Shown here in pieces: positions 9,723-17,456 of a stretch of DNA of 64,000 bases. A program made the translations under genes and the position numbers. The first letter of the stretch is position 1, and the number at the start of each line of letters is the position of its first letter. This stretch comes from Candidatus Saccharibacteria bacterium QS_5_54_17 (GTDB lineage: Bacteria > Patescibacteriota > Saccharimonadia > QS-5-54-17): assembly GCA_003022365.1 (NCBI GenBank), contig PXOU01000018.1, positions 11,900 to 75,899 on the forward strand, in the 5' to 3' direction. The notes beneath the pieces are model-generated. The model had not been told where the DNA came from and made no database searches. It worked only from the letters and a program-made list of their open reading frames with translations.

Positions 9723-10135
9723 AGGGGTAGACGGAGAACGGGGAGTAAGAAGCAAGCAGTAAGGAGTAAGTGGGAGAGGTGACACGCAATTGCAAGGACC
9801 GTCCTTGCAATGGGAGAGTTTTCTCTCTCTTTGTCATTCCGAATTTAGTTCGGAATCGTTGCTGCAATAGATCCTGAAATAAATTCAGGATGACAATAGG
9901 GGAATATCCTGAAACAAGCCTGCCTGCCGGCAGGCAGGTTCAGGATGACATCTTTTTTTGCCACCCCCTCTGTCATTCCGAAGACGTCATCCCGGACCCC
10001 GCCCGCACTGAGCAAGGTCGAAGTGATCCGGGATCAGTTCGGAATCGGCTCTGAGCCTGCAACAGATCCTGAAACAAGTTCAGGATGACATCCTTAGGAG
10101 GACATGATGTTCAATAGCCCCGAGACTATACGCTT
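9720..10135. repeat. Intergenic palindromic repeat mosaic R3
   Basis: Heptamer tract starting at the murD stop; triple-nested palindrome 9971-10046; ends in GACTATACGC. Confidence 0.9.
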
Positions 10136-10207
10136 CTTGTGAGATCTTTTCCGGCGTGATGTAATAGGCAGGATTACTAGTTAAATAAGAAACCGGGAGA
10201 ATAGCCG

Positions 10208-11470
10208 ATGCAACACACAGTCAGGGAAATTACATTAGATAACGGTGCTAAGGGGCTGTTGCTGCACGTCCCCGGGGTAGATGTGGTCCGGATGCTGGTC
10301 GAATTCCGGGCCGGATTTGACCTGGGCGATTGGGGCAAGTACGAGCTACCCCACGTCACCGAGCATTTGATGTTTACCAATCAATCCTACCCGGAACCGA
10401 ACCAGTTTTCCCGGGAAGTCGAGAAAAACGGGGCCTTTTGTAACGCCACCACCTCGGATACCAGCCTGGCCTACGAATATGAATGCGCCACCTTCGAAGC
10501 CGAGCGAATCGCCGGGCTGATCGGCATCCAGATCACCGAGCCGACATTTCCCGCCCGTGAACTGACCAGTGAGTTAAACAACGTGGCCGATGAACTGGAT
10601 AACGATATATCGGATCCCGGCCCGGCGGTCAACAACAATTTACAGGCCGCCGCCTATGACATGCCCGACTTCCGCCGCCGGCGTGATCAACTCTCGGCCA
10701 TTACGGAAGACGATGTGCGGGAGTGGTACCGGCAAACCCACACCTCGGATAATATGCGGTTTTTGGTAGCCGGCGATGTCGATTTTGACACGGAGGTTTT
10801 ACCGGGTTTGAACGTCGATTTACCCCGGGACGAGCGGTTGGCGGTGCCCTACGTGGCGAGCACCAAACTGGAGGAGCCGGTGGTGGAGTATCGTGACATG
10901 CCCCAGATCTATTACCGGTTTACCTCGCGTTTATCCCAGTCCTATTCCTACCGGGAGCTGATAGCCGCCCGCCTCATGAGCGACGCCCTGTCAGCCGGAT
11001 TTTCCGCCACCCTGTTCGGCGAAGCCCGCGACCGGGGCTTAGTCTACGACCTGGCTATGCGGGTGGGCCGGGATACACACACTACTGAATGGAACTTCGG
11101 GGGACCGGTGTCGCCCGCCCACGCCGACACCTATTTCCAGCTGGCCGCCGATAAGATACGCCAAGCCCAGAACGGTGACATATCCGGGGAGCAGTTCGAC
11201 CGGATGAAACGCTTGTTGCGCGGAAACCGGGCCCGTAAGTACCAGACGCCGGGGAGTTTATTGAGCTACTACGATATGTTTTTGGAGGACGACCACTACG
11301 AAGCGTTTGAGGAATTCTACCGGTTGCTGGATGACATAACCCTCGATGAAGCCGCCCGGGCGTTCGCCGGATTATTCCAGGAAAATGTCTGGGGCGCGAG
11401 TTTCCTGGGCAACGTGGACGAGACGGCCGCGGCGCGGTACCGGGATATTGTCTCGCCCCTGTGGGATTGA
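10208..11470 (+). CDS. M16 (insulinase/pitrilysin) family zinc peptidase
   Basis: Inverted zinc motif 'HVTEH' (HxxEH), 'NATTS', 'RDRGLVY'. Confidence 0.88.
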   Translation: MQHTVREITLDNGAKGLLLHVPGVDVVRMLVEFRAGFDLGDWGKYELPHVTEHLMFTNQSYPEPNQFSREVEKNGAFCNATTSDTSLAYEYECATFEAERIAGLIGIQITEPTFPARELTSELNNVADELDNDISDPGPAVNNNLQAAAYDMPDFRRRRDQLSAITEDDVREWYRQTHTSDNMRFLVAGDVDFDTEVLPGLNVDLPRDERLAVPYVASTKLEEPVVEYRDMPQIYYRFTSRLSQSYSYRELIAARLMSDALSAGFSATLFGEARDRGLVYDLAMRVGRDTHTTEWNFGGPVSPAHADTYFQLAADKIRQAQNGDISGEQFDRMKRLLRGNRARKYQTPGSLLSYYDMFLEDDHYEAFEEFYRLLDDITLDEAARAFAGLFQENVWGASFLGNVDETAAARYRDIVSPLWD

Positions 11471-11497
11471 GGTTCGGTTAAGTGAGCGGAGGTTAGC

Positions 11498-12304
11498 GTG
11501 CGGTTCAATGTAGGCTCCCTTTCCACGGCCAAAGACGGGTCCCGGACCAACGAAGACACCGTATTGGTCTGGGAAGAGGCGGGGCTGTTCGGGGTGTTCG
11601 ACGGCATCGGCGGCGGTGGTGACGGCGACGTGGCCAGCTCGGTGGCTGCCCAGGCGGTGACGTCCTTTTACGCCCGTGAGTCGGGCGAGGTGGCGGCGGA
11701 CTCCTCCCAAGCTGACGGCCTGGCTCGCCAGGCGCTGGTGGAAGCCGGGCGGGCGCTGGCTCGGCGAGCAGCCCAAGCGCCATCGGTGAGTGCCGAGATG
11801 GGTACCACCGCCACCATCGGCTGTGTGCATCACGAAGAAGACGGTTTTGGCTTAACCTACGCGCATGTGGGGGATTCCGGGCTACTCGTCTACCGGCGCG
11901 ACCAGGATCACCTGACTTTCCTTACCGAAGATGAAGCCCAGGAGAATGTACTGGACAACGCCCTGACTGCCCGGGAGGAGGTGCTCCACGGTGTGCGCCA
12001 ATACGCTCGCGTAACGCTCCAGCCGGGCGACCGGCTGGTCTTTTTCACTGACGGCATCAGCGGCGACACTCCTGACCAACGGCTCAGCCGGGCGGAATAC
12101 CGGCAGGCGATCGTCGGGGTGTCGCCGCAGCAGGCGGCCCGGGCGTTGTCGGAGACCAGCCGCAAATCTGACGACACCTCGGTTGTGGTGGTGGATCCGC
12201 TGGTGGATGAGGCGAACAGGAAGCAGGAAGTAAGAAGCAAGCGGGAGACGGGGAGTAGACAGCAGACGGTAGACAGTAGACAGGGAACGGGGAACAGGGA
12301 GTAA
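11498..12304 (+). CDS. PP2C-family Ser/Thr protein phosphatase
   Basis: 'NED', 'VFDGIGG', 'MGTTAT', 'HVGDS', 'FTDGI', 'DDTSVVV'; the last ~30 aa are translated heptamer repeat. Confidence 0.88.
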   Translation: MRFNVGSLSTAKDGSRTNEDTVLVWEEAGLFGVFDGIGGGGDGDVASSVAAQAVTSFYARESGEVAADSSQADGLARQALVEAGRALARRAAQAPSVSAEMGTTATIGCVHHEEDGFGLTYAHVGDSGLLVYRRDQDHLTFLTEDEAQENVLDNALTAREEVLHGVRQYARVTLQPGDRLVFFTDGISGDTPDQRLSRAEYRQAIVGVSPQQAARALSETSRKSDDTSVVVVDPLVDEANRKQEVRSKRETGSRQQTVDSRQGTGNRE

Positions 12305-12500
12305 GGAGTAAGAAGCAAGAAGCAAGTGAAAAAATGCAAAACCTCTATGTCATTCCGAGCCTCCTCCGTCATTCTGAACTTGTTTCAGAATCAGCATTGA
12401 AATAGATCCTGAAATAAATTCAGGATGACAATAGGGGAGGATCCTGAAATAAATTCAGGATGACATCTTCAGGAATGACATCTTTAGGAATGATACTTCG
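12215..12500. repeat. Repeat mosaic R4 (overlaps the PP2C 3' end)
   Basis: Heptamer tract followed by GTCATTC/GATCCTGAA palindromes. Confidence 0.88.
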
Positions 12501-12539
12501 TCCGCGCATTGACACATCCTCATCAACATGCGTATTTAA

Positions 12540-12568
12540 TTGACAAATCATAAAAATTTTGCTAGAGT
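12540..12568 (+). promoter_or_regulatory. Sigma70-type promoter
   Basis: TTGACA-17 nt-TAGAGT with extended -10 TG. Confidence 0.6.
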
Positions 12569-12656
12569 ATTTTTAGCCTAGTCCCGGTATTCCCCGGGCC
12601 TATGCGCCCACATCAGCCTTTATTAATTTTATACAAACTCCCAAGAGGTATATCAG

Positions 12657-14309
12657 ATGGCACAAGAAACACCCGAATTCGATCCCAATCAGGAAGCGGT
12701 CCAGGACCCGGCGTCCGGGGAGCCAGCGGAAACGGAATCGAATAATGAGGGAAAACCGGATGAGAACCGGCAACCGGAGGACGCCCGGGACTCGAATGAC
12801 GAAAAGGAATCGGCAGAGTCGGAAGTAGAAACGCCGGAATCCGGCAATGAGCACTTTCGGGGTTTGCGGGGTTCGCTCCAGCGCGGCAGGCGCGCCAGGC
12901 GCGGCAAATCCCATGCATCAGCGGAAAACCAAGACGGGGAAGCCGGAGCGGAAGCTTCCGGAAACGAACCGGAGGAACCGGATGATGCGGGAGAACCGGA
13001 TGAGGACCCACAACCGGAGGATGAGCAGGATTCAGATGACAAGGAGGGATCGGAACCAAATCAAGATCCGTACGTAATCAGTGCAGTAGCGGGAGCGCCC
13101 GGCGACGGTGAAGCGGTCCAGCAACCGGACGCTACCGGGGCGGAAGTGAATGATGCCGCCGGCGAAGCACAGCAGAATCAAGATCAGCAGGAACAGAATC
13201 AAAATCAGGCGGAACTGAGCCAAGCGGACCGCAATCGCCGCGACTTCCTCCGCCAGATGAAGGACACATCCAAGGAAGCCGTCCTGGGGGCAACGACGAA
13301 AGCCCAGATGTGGTGGCAGCGAGACCCGGAAAAACCTGGTAAGGCCAAATACGGTGTCGTCCTCGGGGCGATCGCCGTCACCGCCACCTCCAAGTACCTT
13401 CCTGAGGCAATCGACTCTATACAAGGCGGGGAGGCAACCGCCGGTTCGCCGGTAGGAGAGAGCGGCGGCACCCCGGTGAACCCCGCCGAGTCCGCGCCCG
13501 AGGCGGCTCCCTATGCCGCTGGCGGCCAAGTCGAGGGGACGCTCGAAAAAGTAGCCCCAGAGGCCCAGGCTCGTTTCGGCGAACTGGCCGGTGATCGGGT
13601 GGACATTACTATACCCAAGGGCAGTAACGTCTGGGATCAACTGGAACTGGCGGTTGACCAGCGGGCCGATGTGAGCTTTGAACGCAAGCAGGAGATAGTC
13701 GATGCCATGGTTGATCAGATGCGAGTCGAGTACCCGGGGCAGGATCTGAGCCACGTACACCCCGGTGATTCTTTCAGTGTCGAGCTGCCGGGTGGGGAGG
13801 CAACGGCCGACTCGTCATCGGTAGGAGAGAGCAGTAGCGCGCCGGTGGACTCTGCCGAATCCGCGTCTGATGCGGCTTCCGAAACTGCTGGGGGTCAAGC
13901 TAGCGAAACGGCCTCGATCGAGACCACTCCCGGCACTGCTGGAGGCCAAGCTGGCGAAACGGCCTCGCTGGATACTGCTCCCGACGCCGCAGAAGGCCAA
14001 GCCGGCCACACGACCGCGTCCGAAGCCATTGGAAGCCAGGTCGCCCAAACGGCCGGGGAAGTATCCCCGGAAGCTCAGGCTCGCTTCGGTGAACTGGCCG
14101 GTGAACGGGTGGATATCACCATCCCCGAGGACAGTAATCTGCGGGATCAACTGGAAATGGCGGTCGACCAGCGCACCGGCGTGGTGGACTTTGCCCGCAA
14201 GCAGGAAATAGTGGACGCCATGGTCGATCAGCTTCGAACCGAATACCCCAGCCAGAATCTGGACTACGCCCACACCGGCGATTCCTTCAGCATCCACCTG
14301 CCCGCCTAA
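12657..14309 (+). CDS. Acidic membrane-anchored protein with two LysM-like repeats
   Basis: D/E-rich N-terminus, hydrophobic 'YGVVLGAIAVTA', two ~75-aa copies 'RVDITIP..S(N)..DQLE..VDAMVDQ..HVHPGDSFS'. Confidence 0.7.
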   Translation: MAQETPEFDPNQEAVQDPASGEPAETESNNEGKPDENRQPEDARDSNDEKESAESEVETPESGNEHFRGLRGSLQRGRRARRGKSHASAENQDGEAGAEASGNEPEEPDDAGEPDEDPQPEDEQDSDDKEGSEPNQDPYVISAVAGAPGDGEAVQQPDATGAEVNDAAGEAQQNQDQQEQNQNQAELSQADRNRRDFLRQMKDTSKEAVLGATTKAQMWWQRDPEKPGKAKYGVVLGAIAVTATSKYLPEAIDSIQGGEATAGSPVGESGGTPVNPAESAPEAAPYAAGGQVEGTLEKVAPEAQARFGELAGDRVDITIPKGSNVWDQLELAVDQRADVSFERKQEIVDAMVDQMRVEYPGQDLSHVHPGDSFSVELPGGEATADSSSVGESSSAPVDSAESASDAASETAGGQASETASIETTPGTAGGQAGETASLDTAPDAAEGQAGHTTASEAIGSQVAQTAGEVSPEAQARFGELAGERVDITIPEDSNLRDQLEMAVDQRTGVVDFARKQEIVDAMVDQLRTEYPSQNLDYAHTGDSFSIHLPA

Positions 14310-14311
14310 TG

Positions 14312-14565
14312 CAGGAGACAAGGAACAAGGAACAGGGAGCAAGGAGCAAGGAGCAAGGAACAAGGAGTAAATGGAGAAATACAAACCCTCTCTGTCATTC
14401 CGAGCCCCCTCCGTCATTCTGAACTTGTTTCAGAATCAGCATTGAAATAGATCCTGAAATAAATTCAGGATGACATCTTCAGAGCCTGTCCTGAACTTGT
14501 TTCAGGAATGACATCTTCAGAGTCTGTTGCCCTTCACTCCCTGTCTCCTGTCTACTGATTCAATA
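14312..14565. repeat. Repeat mosaic R5
   Basis: (GGAGCAA/GGAACAA)n at the left edge, palindromes, pyrimidine tract at the right edge. Confidence 0.88.
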
Positions 14566-14608
14566 GCCACAACTGCTTTGACACAATCTATAGTATATTT
14601 CTAAATGA

Positions 14609-14637
14609 TTGACACTAGAACAAAAAAATGGTAGTGT
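14609..14637 (+). promoter_or_regulatory. Sigma70-type promoter
   Basis: TTGACA-17 nt-TAGTGT with extended -10 TG. Confidence 0.6.
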
Positions 14638-14643
14638 AAAAAC

Positions 14644-14802
14644 ATCTGATTGGTGTGGGGTGGAAATCACGCCGATGGCCGGTCCGGAACCGGGCCATCT
14701 GAGGTGAGGGACCCGGGCCAATACGGGGTGCCTTGACAAGCCGCGTACGTGCATTCGAGATGCACGCCGCGTCTTTGCCCGCCCGGGCAAGGACGTTTTT
14801 TT
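14644..14802 (+). ncRNA. Candidate sRNA or attenuator leader (four hairpins plus intrinsic terminator)
   Basis: Lies between a consensus promoter and a GC hairpin followed by T7; consecutive stems visible by eye. Confidence 0.5.
14770..14802 (+). terminator. Intrinsic terminator
   Basis: CGTCTTTGCCC-gccc-GGGCAAGGACG followed by TTTTTTT. Confidence 0.75.
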
Positions 14803-14968
14803 ATGTGTTCGAAATACCAGAGAGATCGATTACCAACCACGCTTGTCACGTGCTCGCCCTGACCCAAGGGAAAACTCACCGGCGGGGAGCATGGTGCTCC
14901 GCACTCGAGCGGGGCAGCCTGCTCCCTGCCCGGGGAGTGCAGCTAGCCTCTAAAGGAGGTGAAAGCGG

Positions 14969-17041
14969 ATGGACTATGTTATTTGGTTCATCCTGCTGCT
15001 GGCTTTACTCCTCTTCGCTGGGAAGGACTACGTCCTTCCCTGGTGGAGGCGCCGGCAGCAGAGCTCGGACTCCTCAGCGAGTCCGAGCAGCTCGGCGGAG
15101 ACGCCGTCGAGCCCAGAACCCGACTCGGACCCCGAATCCGAGTCGGAATCGGAGTCCGAGCCCGAGCAGGACTCGGAGTCGGAGCCCGAAAACGGGCCCG
15201 ACCCGGAGTCGGCGTCTGAAACCGAGCCAGTTCCGGCCCCTGAGCCGGAACCTGAGCTCGATTCCGATTCGGAACCCGAGTCCAAATCGGAGTCCGAGTC
15301 CGAGCAGGACTCGGGGTCCAGCGCCGCCACGGCCAAACGGCCACGGCGACTTACGCGACAGCAGGTCGGAGCCGGCCTGCTGATTGTCGTCCTTGTTCTG
15401 TCATTGGGCGGCAATGTCGTGCTGTATTGGATGGTAGAGGGCCTGAACGATACGGTCGCCTCCATGCAAGAACAGCTCGACGAGCTCCGCGATCAAAATG
15501 ATCGCGGAGGGGAGGTCGCAGATGGCCACGGAAGGCCAGGAGGCGCCGTCGCCACCCAGGACGAGGCGGAAGCCCAAGCGGCATCCGCCGAGCAAGTGGA
15601 GGCCTGCGCCGCGCAAAAGCCGGTGCAGTTCGACGTCCAGCCGAGCGGTCGGTGGGGAGAGCCCGTCGAGGCGGAAACCCACCAGGCCGCCCTTGCGGAG
15701 CTAGAGAAAACGCTCTGTGAGCGTCCAGATATTTTGGCCGCTCTCAGTACCGAGTTCGGACTTACCGATGCCGGCTTCGCGGTCGATGAGCAGGTGGCAT
15801 TGGCCACCTCATACATCGACAATCGTGAAAAGTGGCGTCAGGCTGTGGATGAGCTGATGGCTCATATTCACAGCCAGGATGTACGGCTCGGTGTCGAAGA
15901 AGGTCGCTACAAGACCTTCTTCATGGAGGCCACGGAGGGCGTTCCCTGGTTATTCCAGGATGTTCGCACATCCGGGCCTCGAAAGGTCCTCCGCGTGGGT
16001 GATACGGACCTGCAGCTTATTTGCAGGTTCCAACCACGCGAGGCAGCGCCAGCGCCCGCGCCACAGCCGGCTCCCGAGCAGTCGGAGTCGGATCATGTAC
16101 ACCAGCCGTCCGGCGGCGGCCAGGAACGCGTCGTCGAACAGCCAGACGACGTGTCATCTCCTGATGACAACCAGTCATCAGGAGATTCCCCCGACCGTTC
16201 TTCGGATGACGGCCGGTCATCCGACGGCGACGCGGATGAGTTGGTCATCCGCGTCTGCGACATTCGGTTGAAGGAGAAACGGGTTGTGCCGCAAAGTGCG
16301 GCCAACCAGTTTGACCACTTTACCCTCGACTTTTCGAAGTGCGAGGGTGACGACAGCTCCGACGAGTCCTCCGACAGTGAGGACTCCGAGGACTCTTCGG
16401 AGTCCTCCGATGATTCGTCTGACGCGCAAAAGGACCCCAGTGAGGGTCCGATGCGCAACGACGACATCTCCGAGTCCGTCAAAGGACCGGGGACGACCGC
16501 ACCCGGTGGCGATCCGGGGGAGGCCGACGCTCCCGAGGACCATGACCGGTCCCGGGAGGACGTGGCCGACGACGGGTGCGAGGGCGACTGCCCCGCCCCG
16601 GAGTCCAGCCCACAACCGGATTCGGAGCGCACTCCGGAATCCGGCGACCAGCCGCCAGCGGCGGACGAGCCCAGCGGCGGCAACGACCCGGAGGGGAACG
16701 ACCCCGGGTCGTGTGGTGACGGCGCTCGTAGCTGCGGCTATGAGCAGCCTGGCTCGTCGGATGGCACACCCCCTGAGGACGACCAGTCCTCTGGAGGTGG
16801 CCAAAGCGGAGTCGTCGAGCAGCCCGCCGACGACTCTTCCGGAGAGTCTTCCGCTGATGACAGCGGGAACTCGTCCTCCGGCGGCGACTCTGATGACAGC
16901 CAGTCATCCGAGTCGTCCGACAGCGACTCGTCCTCTGACAATGAGGCGTCTAGCGGTTCCTCGGAGGACTCCTCCGAGGTTGGTACCGACTCGAAGGCTG
17001 AGGACGACGACACGAGTCAGCACGTGGATAACTCGTTCTGA
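14969..17041 (+). CDS. Large acidic Ser/Asp/Glu-rich membrane/surface protein
   Basis: SD AAAGGAGGT; N-terminal hydrophobic helix, (ES/EP)n tract, second TM helix, coiled coil, Cys-containing core, S/D-rich tail. Confidence 0.75.
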   Translation: MDYVIWFILLLALLLFAGKDYVLPWWRRRQQSSDSSASPSSSAETPSSPEPDSDPESESESESEPEQDSESEPENGPDPESASETEPVPAPEPEPELDSDSEPESKSESESEQDSGSSAATAKRPRRLTRQQVGAGLLIVVLVLSLGGNVVLYWMVEGLNDTVASMQEQLDELRDQNDRGGEVADGHGRPGGAVATQDEAEAQAASAEQVEACAAQKPVQFDVQPSGRWGEPVEAETHQAALAELEKTLCERPDILAALSTEFGLTDAGFAVDEQVALATSYIDNREKWRQAVDELMAHIHSQDVRLGVEEGRYKTFFMEATEGVPWLFQDVRTSGPRKVLRVGDTDLQLICRFQPREAAPAPAPQPAPEQSESDHVHQPSGGGQERVVEQPDDVSSPDDNQSSGDSPDRSSDDGRSSDGDADELVIRVCDIRLKEKRVVPQSAANQFDHFTLDFSKCEGDDSSDESSDSEDSEDSSESSDDSSDAQKDPSEGPMRNDDISESVKGPGTTAPGGDPGEADAPEDHDRSREDVADDGCEGDCPAPESSPQPDSERTPESGDQPPAADEPSGGNDPEGNDPGSCGDGARSCGYEQPGSSDGTPPEDDQSSGGGQSGVVEQPADDSSGESSADDSGNSSSGGDSDDSQSSESSDSDSSSDNEASSGSSEDSSEVGTDSKAEDDDTSQHVDNSF

Positions 17042-17054
17042 CTCGTTCGCTTAA

Positions 17055-17154
17055 GAGGGGCACTACCATGTAACCGTTTTGCCTCTCTCGAGGCCCCCAT
17101 CCCGGGTACGGGGCGGCGCCGAGGCAAGCGGTTATTGGTAATGCTCTCCCTTTT
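17055..17154 (+). terminator. Long imperfect hairpin followed by a T-run after the 690-aa gene
   Basis: TACCA..TAACCG..TTGCCTC pairs with GAGGCAA..CGGTTA..TGGTA; ends CCCTTTTT. Confidence 0.5.
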
Positions 17155-17456
17155 TGTCGTCTACCTCAGGGTAGACGAATGAGTGTTCGAGCACTAGGAG
17201 GCGCAGAAGCGCGACGTATCGAATGGCTCAGCCATTCCGATTCATTCCGCGGCACGCTGCCCCTCCACTCCTCTCGAATACAGGTACGCGGCTTGAGAGG
17301 CGCCTCCCCAGGCGCACGTTGACAAAACAACCCTCGAGCGCTCCTCAAACACCAGCTCGAGGCTCTTTCGAGCACCAGAAGACGCATACGCATTTGCAAT
17401 TGATGGTAATCCAAACGGTAATCCCATGTAATCCAATAGAAGGAAAGGAGAGATAT

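Noticed and set aside
13545-14305. Duplicated domains (also the PKD and NLDKF repeats) as DGR template/variable repeats
   Set aside because: All copies are in-frame coding, differences are not adenine-specific, and there is no reverse transcriptase in the window
14674-14699. SRP RNA (GGTCCGGAA resemblance)
   Set aside because: Lacks the conserved CAGG...GGAAG..AGCAG internal loop of SRP helix 8
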